From Octopus bimaculoides (taxonomy: Eukaryota), in contig NC_068990.1 of the NCBI RefSeq assembly GCF_001194135.2, positions 33,065,027-33,129,026 of the forward strand: a stretch of 64,000 bases of DNA. Direction: 5' to 3'. Shown here piece after piece: positions 1 through 12,810 of the stretch. The position numbers and the translations under genes are program-made. Each line of letters starts with the position of its first letter. Positions within the stretch are counted from its first letter, which is position 1. The notes below the pieces were generated by a model. It searched no databases and was not told the origin of the DNA. It worked only from the letters and a program-made list of their open reading frames with translations.

Positions 1-194
1 AAGGGTAGCAATTTGGGGAGAATGGATTAGTCGATTATATCAACCCTAGTACACAACTGATACTTATTTTATTGTCCCCGAAAGAATGAAAGGTAAAGTT
101 GACCATGGTGGAATTAGAACTCAGAATGTAGTGATGGGCAAAATACTGCTAAGCATTTTACCCGGCATGCTAATGAGCCTACCAGCTCACCACC

Positions 195-196
<2 letters not shown>
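1..196 (-). mobile_element. tRNA-derived SINE, family B (GGCGAGCTGGCAGAA head; GTCGACTTTGCCTTTCATCC core)
   Basis: Reverse complement matches the plus-strand copies at 38362 and 61196. It abuts a (CTA)n(TAA)n tract. Confidence 0.75.
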
Positions 197-239
<43 letters not shown>

Positions 240-268
240 ATAATAATAATAATAATAATAACAATAAT
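195..268. repeat. (CTA)n-(TAA)n compound microsatellite
   Basis: Directly visible; source of the poly-T/poly-N stretch in ORF 86..406. Confidence 0.95.
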
Positions 269-278
269 ATATTGCATA

Positions 279-440
279 CAGGTGCAAGCATGGCTGTGTG
301 GTTACGAAGCTCAATTTGCCACCACATGATTTTGTGTTCAGTTCCACTTCGTAGCACCTTGGGCAAGTGTCTTCAAGTATTGGGACAACCAATACCTTGC
401 AAGTGAATTTGATAGATGGAAACTCTGTGGAAGCCCATGA

Positions 441-445
<5 letters not shown>
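279..445 (+). mobile_element. SINE family A (CORE-like, tRNA head), 5' part
   Basis: GGCTGTGTGG...GTTCAGTTCC...CACCTTGGGCAAGTGTCTT matches the fuller copies at 39123 and 61853. It runs into (TA)n and an N gap. Confidence 0.75.
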
Positions 446-476
<31 letters not shown>

Positions 477-1145
477 GGAGAGAGAGAGAGATACATACAT
501 ACATATATATATATATANNNNNNNNNNNNNNNNNNNNNNNNNNNNNNNNNNNNNNNNNNNNNNNNNNNNNNNNNNNNNNNNNNNNNNNNNNNNNNNNNNN
601 NNNNNNNNNNNNNNNNNNNNNNNNNNNNNNNNNNNNNNNNNNNNNNNNNNNNNNNNNNNNNNNNNNNNNNNNNNNNNNNNNNNNNNNNNNNNNNNNNNNN
701 NNNNNNNTATATATATATATATATATATATATAGGCACCAGATTTTAGAATTTGCACTGGGTGCGATTTGTTCAACCAAAAACTTCATGGCTCTAATTCA
801 ATGATTGTAATGACTAAAAGAACAAAGGTAAGAGATATACAAAATATTCATTTATGTAGCAAAAAATACTATGAAGAAACATAATGAAATATGAAAGTAA
901 CTGACCACTTCAGTTATAGGATTCAATTGAATCTAGCCTCATCAAAACGTAAGAAGCCAGAAATGGCTAGGTGCAATAACATAAGTTTCACAGTGAGGTA
1001 AAACAACCATGAAGGCATCATATGTTGGTAGGATACTGAAGATATGCAAGTACCAAATTCAATTTAAACTGTAGATTCGATTGAGGGATGGTTCTACTGA
1101 AGGATGGTGTGCATATAAAAAAGAACATAAATGGGTTTAAATGGG

Positions 1146-1255
1146 GTTTAGCATTTACGACAACAGTTTTGGTAGAATTCTACTGATATATTCATAGATT
1201 ACAATATGAATACATCAATAAAATTCTACTGAAACAGCTGTCGTAAATCTTAAAC
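1146..1255. repeat. Foldback inverted repeat, 51-bp ungapped stem with 8-nt loop
   Basis: 1146-1196 pairs with 1205-1255: 42 Watson-Crick pairs, 3 G-U and 6 mismatches by hand pairing. Confidence 0.9.
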
Positions 1256-1454
1256 ACTATTTATGTTTTTTTAAAAACAATTTTACATTAATCTGAAGGG
1301 TTACTCTATACTTGTGTAGAGTACAAGTTTATTCTTAAACAAGAATATTGTTGTCAGTGACTTTGAAATCTCAGCCAAATAAGCCATCATTGGCAGTCTA
1401 ACAATGGCTTAACTGGTCGAAACTTCGACGTTGCTGTCCTCAATATTCATGTTT

Positions 1455-1455
1455 A

Positions 1456-1554
<99 letters not shown>

Positions 1555-1573
1555 GTGTGCGTGTGTGTGTGTG
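1455..1573. repeat. (GT)n microsatellite
   Basis: About 120 bp of near-pure GT. Confidence 0.97.
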
Positions 1574-4500
1574 CTAGTGTCTGAAATGCATATGGACACA
1601 CACAAAATAAAGACATTTATATAATGGAATTATTACAAGATGGAATATTGTTTAGAAAGCTGGGCTCTACAATAATGTAAAAGAAAAAAGGTGTAGTTTA
1701 TGCATTACAGAATAATATTGTATATAGGTATGGACGTCCTATTTAAGAAGTACAACTTCCTCACTGCATTGATTTAGATTTAATCCTACTGTGTTGTACC
1801 ATGGGCAGGTCACTTTTGCCTGCTCTCAGATTGACCAATACCACTGACTGAAATTTAGTGTGTGTGTGTGTGCTTTTGATGACGTAAAGCAGCAAAATAT
1901 GCTAAAACTGGTGAGAAAATGGGAAAACTGCTCCTGAGAGAGAGTTTCTTGAGAGTTTTATTAAACCTTGTTTAAAGTTTCAGCATAAAGACAAAGCAGA
2001 CAGTTTATTTACTTTAATATTCAAGTGATACAAGTTTGTAGATTTACTGATGGGCTAATAAATTGATACAAATTTTACCTGTGAACTTCAATTAATGAAT
2101 ATTTATAAGTTATCACCAGCTACCACATTAATATAATTGTTTTATATTAGACATAATAATAAAACAAAAAGAATGCTACAGGCTCACTTCTGAGACTTGA
2201 ACCATGTATGTATTACTTATTGAGCAATATATTCATATTTCACTCTTTAATTGCTGCTTATTATTTTTATGAATAAAATAGTTACTTTATTTTATTAAAA
2301 GCCATTTCCTGTCTTTGATGAGAGATTAAATTGAATATTTCACAGTTTATTTCTGTTAGAAACTTCATTGGAGAAAATAGATTACTTGGTTTTCTTCAGG
2401 TGCATTTCAAATTAATGCAGCTTTTGAGTGCTATAGAGGTACCATTAGAATCCTGTCAGCATCCAGAGGTGCTAATGGCATCATAAGTGAGTGATGGGGC
2501 TGAAAAAATTTGTATGGAAAATTCCATTATATTTTTTAATACTGGAGAGAATGGAAAAATGTGTTACAATCACCACAGGATATAAAACATTAACATGATA
2601 TCGGAACAAGAAGACATCTGCTAATGTTAAATCGACCAACATAATCAAACAAAACTTGCTAAATTTGGCATCATATTTAATAACCTTATTTATTTATTCA
2701 TTCATTGTAGCAAATTGTTTATTTTTTTGGCACAGAACAAAGTAATTGGAACATAAAGTTGGTACACTTGACTGACCTTGCTATAAAAGAGAGTAAACTA
2801 AATATACAGCAGAAGTTTAGTGTCAGTGAGTAGTCAATAAATGAGTGTTGATGTATTTTAACTCCCTTATATCAGAAAATTCATAGAAACTATTTGCACA
2901 AAAAGAATAAATTCAAATTCCCAAGAGAAACCAGGAAAAAAGAAGCATCACTAGTTTCTTCTATGTGAGACACAATTAAGAGAATTGTTTTGGAGAATAT
3001 TATACTGAGGTCATTTATGGCTTTGGCTATAAACACAATAACTGCAGTTTCACTAAGTGGATCCTATATTTGTAGACCTACTGATGGGCTACATGCTTTA
3101 ACCTCATTAAAAGTACCCAGGTTTATATTCTTGAGGGTAGCATTTAACTTTACATAAACTATGTTCTATATAACTCCAAATAATCAACCAAAGCAGGTTG
3201 TTATTATTGTTTTTGCTGTTGTTGTTCAGATATGAAACTACGATGCTATATTCTGTTATGTGAGTCACAAATGGAATGCATTGAGGCAGGATATGTTGAG
3301 GTACTTGGGGAAGATTGCAAGATATAGGCATAATGAAGAATAAATATGCAATAAAAAGAACCATGTGTACACTTAATTGGAAAACTAAATTATCTTCGTT
3401 TTATGTAATGGTTATCTGGCTGGGTTAGTCAGTAGGAAGATACAGGCTCAATTTGTGTTGAGGGTGTATTAAACAATTTTCATTTGTTTGCTTTTGTGTG
3501 TGTGTGTGATTGTGTGTGTACATGCAGGTGTGTGTGTATATGTGTGAATGCATGTGTGTGTGTACATTTAAAAATGGAGATATGTGTGAATATGTACAAC
3601 TGTATATAGCCCTATATATATATGGGTATATACAAGAAACATACGCACAAGAATGCTCACACACATGATGAATTTAGTGGCTGTATGCATCTATGAAACT
3701 ATTAGTAACATGGGGCTAAGTCTTATGAAATCATTTAATCTCCCACAACATACACTGTGCTCTATTTTCTTTCATTTGTACACCTACTTCCATGTGTGTG
3801 TGTGGATGAGTATATAAAACACACACACATACACACACACATGTATCAGTATACCAAGAAGAGAAAAGTGTACTGAATAGATATTAGTTCATACTGTCAA
3901 GAGCCATTGTATGGCCTCATCTCTGCTTTGGTGGATTATAAAACCAAGTATTTTGGCACCTAATAAGCTTGAGTGGCACCACTCCTCTACTAGCTCAATC
4001 TGTTAGGAACTTCCATTAAATGTCCTGCAATTATTAACGACATCACTGAATTGTTAATCTGTTGCAGATTACGTCTGTGACATTCACATCTCTGCAGCTA
4101 AAGTCTTGGGTTCTGTTAGCTGAATCTAGCTAAGCCCAGAACTTGTGATGACCACAATCATTACTCAATGGAGTAGCTAAAGCACTAACCACTGTCCAAA
4201 TACATGAAGTAGTGTTTATTTAATCTTTAAGCTAAAGCAAAATATTTTACACAACAAATACTCTGAGTTCCCTATTCTGTAGGTAATCAACTTGGCAAAG
4301 ACTTCTAGAAGGAGAAAGTGGGCCGAGAAGCTTTACTGTCAAAGAAATGAATACAGATATAATTTACATGTATGTATATGTGTGCGCATATGTATTTCAT
4401 TTGTTTGGTTATTTTATATCTGTTTATGCTGGCATGGGTTAGAGAAATATATCATTGAGGCATTGATTAACAGTCAAATGCTCTTTGTGTTGCTAACCCG

Positions 4501-5035
4501 TCCTCATTTTCAAGTATGTGATCTCCTGCTTCACACGTTTTTGAAGGCGTGAAGTGAATGGATGATTTGTTGATGGGAAAAGTGACAATACCACCATTGC
4601 TCATTGCTCACAAATTTGGTAGAGTGCAAATGTAAACACATAACACATATACAAGCATGCACACACACACATACACACACATGCATGCACATATATTTAT
4701 ATATGTGACAGGATTCTTTCAGTTTCTATCCACTGAATTCATTCACGAGGCTCTGGTTAGCATAAGGCTATAGTAGAAGGCATTTACCTAAGGTGGCACA
4801 TGATAGACTGAACCCAAAATTACATGACTGGGTAGCAAAGTTCTTGACTATATAACCACACATGTTCTTGTCTATGTATTTGTCTTACTGTCTGTCAGAC
4901 TGTCTATCTATATTGATATAGACAGACAGAGATAAATTGATGTATGTGTGTCATTGTCACTTATGTGGTAGAAACCATTCACAGAAAACAGGAATTCTCT
5001 GAGGTCTAAAAATACCATCTACTATCAGTTTTGAC

Positions 5036-5256
5036 TTCAGCTTTTAGCTTTTAAATTGGCCAGATCCATTACAAATACTCTACCTGTTTTATGTTAAAAC
5101 CAGCCAGATCTGGCCTCTCACACCTATTCTACAATATCATTCTAAAAATAAGCAGTCTCATCATCAAAAGCTATAGGATAAAGCATGGTTAATTCAAAAC
5201 AATGTGAATAAATAAACATTACATTTGACAGAGTAATTTGATTAGAAAAGGGTTAA
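5036..5256 (-). mobile_element. Non-autonomous piggyBac-like MITE (TTAA-CCCTTTAGCA-type ends)
   Basis: Ends ...AAAAGGG-TTAA. The interior is the reverse complement of the element at 43851-44485. Confidence 0.65.
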
Positions 5257-5917
5257 AAATATCTAAGTCATATGATAATGAAGAAGGTTCATGGTCTTTT
5301 GATCTGCTAGGAATAGCAGCCAAATCTCCAGCAACTCTCACCATACCATTTTGAAAGGGGACACATTGGATATTGTAGTCCTACATACCTCAAAAGTTAC
5401 AGGATGATCATGGATGAAATGCCTATTGATCAGAGTTTTACTTCATCAAGACTGACCTAGGGTTAAGCAACAACAACAACATCAGTATAGACAGAAAACT
5501 GTTTTTAAAAAAAAAACTACATGCCAGGAATTAGTTTGTGCAAGTGCATTGTAATGCAACTGAGTGGTGAGGTGCAATGGTGCATGGGTGGTGGGTGAAG
5601 GAGGAATAGCAAATATTACAACTTCACTAACAGAAAAACCAAAATCTTGGCTCCATTTCAGAAGTTTCCATCTTGGCATTTGCTAGTGGCTAAAACAGTT
5701 TTCTCCTGAAATGATGGAGCAAAACTAGCAATCAGGCCAAAAGAATAAAAGCATTGCACAATGTGAGTGCGTGAGTAGTGAATAGGTGTGTTTGTGTGTG
5801 TACATAGCTGTGGCATTCAAGTACATTAATATGTAATTATGTGTATATAAGAATGTGTGTATAAAGGTGTTGTACTTCCTTATGAGAATATGTAAATGTA
5901 TGTTGAATAAAATGTTA

Positions 5918-6009
<92 letters not shown>

Positions 6010-6023
6010 GCATNNNNNNNNNN

Positions 6024-6056
<33 letters not shown>

Positions 6057-6289
6057 GCATACACACATTCACATATACATGGATACATACATGAAAGTAA
6101 ATGAATATGTGTATAAGAACCACAAATCAAGAAATACATACTAGATATCTGAAAACAATCAAATGGAAAATAGTAGTAGTAGTAGTAGTTGTTGTTGTTG
6201 TTGTTGTTGTAGTAGTAGTAGTAGTAGTGGTGGTTGTGGTGGGTTTCGCTGGATGCACCTGCTGTAAAACATCTGTAACAATGGAGGTG

Positions 6290-6500
6290 AAAGGGCGATG
6301 AAATGCTTAAAATATCTGGTGAAGTAGAATCTGGTGGAATGTCTCAAATAGTCATTCAAGTAACACAAGGAAGTGTCATACTCAATCAATGACTGGTGTA
6401 GCTGCATCATTGTACAAAAGCAAAGGAGATGTACTAGAGGAGTAAGAGGCATCAAATTGTTGGACCAAATTATGAAAGTTACTGAAAGAGTTATTGCAAA
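6290..6500 (+). mobile_element. RTE-clade LINE reverse-transcriptase fragment (degenerate)
   Basis: Frameshifted EMLKISGEV...KGD...RGIKLLDQIMKVTERVIAK, typical of the region just before RTE RT domains. Confidence 0.7.
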
Positions 6501-6609
6501 GAGTTATGCAAAACAACTGGTGGCAACAAAAAGCTGTTGAATTCCAAATCTATGCTGATGTCTGTGACCTCAGACACTTCTATGTAGGAACGAAGGAATT
6601 TTTTTGGCT

Positions 6610-6900
6610 TGTGAGATTATGAACAGGGTCTCTTCAATCAGAAGACTCTGACACTATCCAGACTGACCCACAAGATATCCTTCAATGCTGGCGAGAGCAC
6701 TTCTCAGGTCTTCTGAACCAAGATTTCAATGTGGCAGAGGATTTCTTGAAGAATGAACCCATGTATTCAACTCGACACTAGATAAACATGCCACAATTCT
6801 ACGAAAAGTACCAAATTGCCCTCAGTTGCATGAAACAGTGGAAGTCCCCTGGCCTAAACAACATCCCAGTGGAAATTCTAAAACATGGTGGACTACTATT
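6610..6900 (+). mobile_element. RTE (BovB-like) LINE ORF fragment
   Basis: Reads ILQCWREHFSGLLNQ...MKQWKSPGLNNIPVEILKHGG, matching the WREHF..LLN and K(A/S)PG.D.IP.E..K.GG linker motifs. Confidence 0.75.
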
Positions 6901-6919
6901 AAATGTGAAATCTCAAAAC

Positions 6920-7836
6920 CGTACAATAATACCAGAAATCAAGAAGATTTATAAGCCAAGAGTGTCTAGTATCAAAAATACACCTCTTGTAGATTCATGT
7001 AATGTCCTATTGCCTCCTTGGCACATAAAACTTGGACTGATGAAACAGTTTGTAAAAACACTAGGGAAGAGAAATGTCAGAGGGTTTGAGCATATTGTGT
7101 TTAAATATTGAGCATATTGTTGAAAAGTTTCCCAAAATCACACTGGCAAAGTTGAAAGAGGGTATCTTTGTTGGACCCCTAATTAGAGAAGTGCTCAAAG
7201 AGGTCAACTTCAAGACAACACTGGATGAACTGGAATTCAATTGGATCTGTGGGAATTTCTTGTGCAACAAGAAGGCAATTGGCTACAAGGATCTTCTGGA
7301 ATGTTACTCAGCAATGGGTTGTCATATGTCACTGAAAGTTCACTTCTTGGACTCCCATCTGGATTTCTTCACAGATAACCTTGAAGCAGTGTCTGATGAA
7401 TGTGATGAAAGATTTCACCAGGACATTAATGCTATAGAGAAATGGTACCAAGGCTTCTGGAATGATAGTATGCTGGCTGACTACTGCTGGACACTTTACC
7501 GTGATCAACCAGATCAGGAACTCCACAGGAAATCCAAATCACAACGTTTCTAATTCAGCTGTTCTAACTTTGTCTGACCCCATTTTTTGCGTATTCACTC
7601 TTTGTAGAATGATAATGATGATTTTTAACTCAATAAACTCATTTACTGCCTAAAAGTAATATGTCCTTATTTATTACGTTAATGATTTCATATATACAAA
7701 TATGTAAATATTTGCATGTATCTATTGAAAAACTGATACATGCTGTTTACAAATGTTGTGAAGTTTTGAAATCAGCCTAAAAAATTAGTCTAAAAAAGTT
7801 GGTTTGCATTCATACATTTAATTTTGTTGACCAGTG
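6920..7836 (+). mobile_element. Chapaev3-like (CMC superfamily) DNA transposon, 3' part with transposase C-terminus
   Basis: ORFs 6788..7111 and 7074..7553 carry PLVD..LLPPWHIKLGLMKQFVK, KLKEGIFVGP, CHMSLKVHFLDSHLDFF, VSDE..ERFHQDI and YQGFW..MLADYCW. The element ends CAGTG (7832-7836) followed by TTA. The superfamily call is from recalled motifs. Confidence 0.75.
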
Positions 7837-8047
7837 TTATTGGACACATGATAAAACACTGATGACAATAGTAGAAAATACTTGTCCAAGGTGCCACACA
7901 GTGAGACTGAACCCAAGACCACATGGTTGTGAAGCAAACAGCCAACCTGTGCCAGATGCATAAATGGTATATAATATATCATACAATATAATATAAAATA
8001 ATATAATGTAATATATATATATATACATATATATCTATCTATCTATC

Positions 8048-8089
<42 letters not shown>

Positions 8090-8134
8090 GGTAAGTGGTA
8101 GGTTTGCCTCAATCCTTCAGGGGTAGTCTCCAAG

Positions 8135-8184
<50 letters not shown>

Positions 8185-8916
8185 TCTATGTATGTACATA
8201 TGTGTGTCAGTATGTGTGTGTGTTAGCATGTATGTTGAGAAGCATATAACTGAAAAAAATAAGGTCACCTCTTGCGTTGTACCATTTCCCCAAATGGGTA
8301 GTATTGTTGTGATTGACTTTCTTTCTTCAAAATCAAAACATGATCATCACCATTATGACTGCTACCAACCTCACATCATCCTTAACATCTTCACTGTTGC
8401 CACACACACCCATCACACCCATCATTCTGTTTGATGTTTTTTTTTTCTTTTTTGCAGAAAAGGAAAAAAATTTTCTTGGTTCTTCGTTCTGCAGTTCATT
8501 GCACAATGTCATCAATTAGCCATCCATGGAAGAAGGACACTTTACAAAGATATTACATTTATGTGTACACATAGTTTGGTAACTTAAAGAATTAGGTTAG
8601 GTCTTTGGAGAGAGAAAGAAAGGGAGAGAAAGAGAGAGAGAGAGACAGACAGAAAGAGAGATAGCAGTGAATGAGTATGGAAATAAAAGGGAGAGGTGGG
8701 GACAAAAGAGTTGAAGAAAGATGGTAAAAAGAGAGAAAAAGTGAGACTGGAGGATGAGAGAGATACAAAGAATGTGAACAGAAAAAAAAAGGAAAATGGT
8801 GGGGGGAAGGGTTCAAGAGGTAGAGAAAATGAGTGTGATCGAATAAGAGAGTTGGGAGTGGAGGGGGAACATGAAGTGAAATGTTAGATGAAAGGGGATG
8901 TGACAGCAAGAATGAA

Positions 8917-8954
<38 letters not shown>

Positions 8955-9930
8955 ACATACATGCATACATATATATGTACACATGTGTGCATATATATGT
9001 ATTAAAATGAGACAATTTGGTGCAGCTGTTTCAACATTGTGAATTTGGTATGGCTGACTGGACATTCAACCTGCTTTGGCAACGGTACATTTTAGTACTG
9101 CAAGCAAACACACAGAAATATAATCTCTCTCTCTCTCTCTCTCTCTCTTTCACTTACACACACACAGAGAAATACACACATATAAACAAAGAGAGAGAGA
9201 AGGAGAGAATGAAAGAAACAGTAAAACCTCTTATGTCAAATAACTCAGCATTGAATAAGCAATGTCAGAACAGTTGTATCGAAATGCTTCATACCCTATG
9301 TATGTGTGTGTGTGTGTCTGTGTGTGTGTGTATGTGTGTATGTGTGTGTGTGTATATATACTTGTGGGAATTCCTCTTTGAACAATGTCATATTTATGCA
9401 CCTTGAAAAGATCGTACTAATAATGCATAAATCGTTGCATATAAATATGCAACAATATGCAGTTAATGCAATCAAAATACATGTCAGACAATTATTATGA
9501 ATAAACTAACTATAGAAAAACAAAGTTTGATTGTTCAAATTCTTCATTCTCCTTATTATCAATATTGTACTTTACACTCTAAGTAGCCAGGAAAGACTGT
9601 AACATTGGACAGGAGTTAAGGGAGATTTACCTTAAAATGCACCCTCTGAAGCAACTAGCCTTGGAATTTTACATAGAGAAATTTGGTATCTGCCTGGATA
9701 TTATATCCCTCCTCTTACTATATATGTATCCTGCATTATTAGGCAAATCAACCTACTCTCAATAAATACATCTATATTCATTCAAAACTAGTTGTTTTCC
9801 CACTGATTGTTGGCAACATCTATCTGCACACATACTGTTAAAATAAATTGGATCTGCGTGGATGAAAACAAATGGTGGCCATTATCATGTAGCAGCAATA
9901 TTTCTGCAGGTGCCCAATTTAAGTGTTATT

Positions 9931-10470
9931 ATGGGTCAGAAACATGATCTTACTTCAAATAAGTCTACCATTGTGTCAGAGCTTGGAAAAGGAAAACAAC
10001 CATAAAAATATAAAAAATACTGGGATGAGATCATCGAACAGTGAAGAAATTTGTGCAGTTTCGTATTTCTGTCCGGTCAAGGGCAGATAAGGGTAAGCTG
10101 AGGGTTGCTTCAAATCGTACTTTGTCATGTGTGAAAAGGGAAGTTGTGTGGAACTCATGTCTGACAAGTAGAAAAGTCTCCAAACGTTGTGGCAGGGAAG
10201 ATGTATTGAAAATTACCAAGTGTCACCTCTTGAAGCAGGTAGCCAGGAGTGATAAGCCTGTTACAAGGCCCACCCCTTGAAGGTTGTTCATAAGCAGAAG
10301 AGACTGAAATGGGCAGAAAAATACATTAAGATAGATTTTTCTACAGTTCTGTCCACTGACGAATGCTGTACTACCCTTGATGAACCAAATAGGTATCAAT
10401 CAGTGGGAACCGTCCTCATATTTTGAGATGCCAACAGTGGGGAGGTGGGGTCATATTTTGGGCTGGCACC
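9931..10470 (+). mobile_element. Tc1-like transposase remnant (frameshifted, 3'-truncated)
   Basis: ATG at 9931: MGQKHDLT..KSTIV, then DHRTVKKFV, then HKQKRLKWAEKYIKIDFSTVLSTDE (first catalytic D region), then RCQQWGGGVIFWAG. Confidence 0.85.
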
Positions 10471-11977
10471 CCTCATAAAACTAAAAAAAACCCTCATAAA
10501 ACTAAAAAAAGCCCTCCTCTTCCCTATATTGTTTTTGTTTATTCAGTGAGAGGATAACCTGAGTTATAAGAAAATGCAGTTGATAGAACTGAGAGTAATG
10601 TAAGATAAAAGACAGAGAGACAGCTACATGAGGGTTTGTGATAAGGAAGGTGAGTAGAAAAAATATGATTGAAAGCATAACAGAAGAGAGAGAGAGAGAG
10701 AGCAATAAATTAAAGCACAGTTATAGAGAAGAGAGTATGGAGAGCATAGGAAAGACTATATGATAACTGCGGGTAAGGTGACTGAATAGAAATAGCAATG
10801 GCAGCATGATGTGGATAAAACAGAAGTGAGACAAATAAATGGAGAAGGTACTGGATACAGGATACAAGAAAGGGAGGAAGTGAGAGCGGGAAAGAGAGAC
10901 TAAATGATAAGGAGGGGAGTAATGTGAGAGTCTGGGATAGTAATGAAGACAAATGGGGATAAGAAAGGGAGAGTCCTGGATGGCAATAATGAGTGATAGG
11001 AAGAGGAATAATGAGAAAGTTGTCTTTTGTCATCCACTGATATTGTCTTCGGTCTTTCAGTGATACTGTCTCATGTATTCCATTAGAATTCCACTGATTT
11101 GACCTTCAATCTCCTGCTGGTATAGTCTTCAGTGCATCCTCTGTTGCTAAACTCTAAATGACACACATGTCTATTCTTTGACTGTTATGTTATAACTATG
11201 TTATCAGAGGCATCCATTAAGATATTGAAGATATTGTATTGTCTCTTCATCAAAACACAGCTTCTCAATGATTCATTTATATAAACAATCAAGTCACATC
11301 ATAACTGTGTGTGGATATGTAATCATGTCTTAAACTTAAATCTTTAAACATGTCTCATATGGACAGTGATGTAATCCTCAGTAAATATAAGGTAAATCAC
11401 TGCAAATATTATTATTATCATATCATTATTACTATTATTATTATTATTATTATTAGGGTGGTGGACAGCTGAATCAGTTGAGTAACAGAAATAAATGTAT
11501 TGAGTGCTGTTATTGTATATGTTCTGAATTCAAATATAGCTAGGGTTGACTGTATTCCTTCATCTCAATAAAAGAAGAACCAGTAAAACACTCAGGTTAA
11601 TCGACTCAAATGTAGCCCCCACATACACACACGCACACTCATTCGTCACTCACTCTCTCATACACCAATTTTATGTCTTTTAGCAATCTTTAATCTTTCT
11701 GGTATTGGATCACAAATGTCTTACACACTGGATTCACTTCAAATCCATTATTGGCAATACCGCTTATTAATTCCCTCCCTGGGAAACATTTAACTGAAGG
11801 GTTGGACTCATGCAGTAAACATTACACATACTTTCTTCTGTCAGAATCTAAAGAAGACAATCTTGACTATCTGTACCAACCAACAGACAATAATGAAATA
11901 GCTAACTTGACCAAATTTTCGATTCAGCACAAGTGAAGAAGTAATGTCTGTGTGTATTTATCATCATCATCATTATT

Positions 11978-12012
<35 letters not shown>

Positions 12013-12617
12013 TATTGTTTTTATGAATATATTCTTTGACTACATCTATTGTTTACAGTGATTATATCTTCCATGAATACACATCATTGACACCAATTAT
12101 TGTTGCTAGACTTGAAGTTTGTTTACATTATATTTAAACACTATTTATCATGAAGGATCATAGTTTTAGTTCAAGGGTATATTTACACAACAATGGAGGA
12201 TTTTGTGTATAAAAGTGTTAGAATAGATGTTTACACATACTGACTTTCATTTGAGATTATAATTTCACTGGTGTTGGACATTAATGGCATTTGAGAATAT
12301 ATTCACACTTGTATTAAATATTTTATTGACTAGCGTAGTCCTGTATGTTTATACACCAGTTTGAAATAATGTTTAAACTACTATGATAATGTTTAAAGTG
12401 CAGTTATATATTTGCTTCAGTGTCATAGATGTTATATTTACACAACACCACTTCTTAATTGTTTAAGTAATTATATTTCATTTTGTTTAATATGACAGCC
12501 ATTTCCTTTTAGTTTTAGATGATTCTCTATCAAAGAATCAATTCCATTGTTTCTTTGTTATTTTGGTTTATGTTCAGTTAGATCCATTTAGAAATTGACA
12601 TTTGCTTCAATTTACTA

Positions 12618-12810
12618 AAGTATCTTGGCTACAACACAAGAATTAATGATATAATGATCTAAATCATAAGTATCTTGACTAAATCACAAGTATTGTTAGT
12701 ATAATGGGTACATCACAATTATCTTGGCTACATCATATGTATCTTGTGTACATCGTAAATATTTTGGCTACATCATAGATATCTTGGATACATCCTAAGT
12801 ATTTATTAAT
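12618..12810. repeat. Degenerate ~21-bp minisatellite (TATCTTGGCTACATCATAAG-like)
   Basis: Repeated atcttggctaca / atcttgactaaa / atcttgtgtaca / atcttggataca units. Confidence 0.75.
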
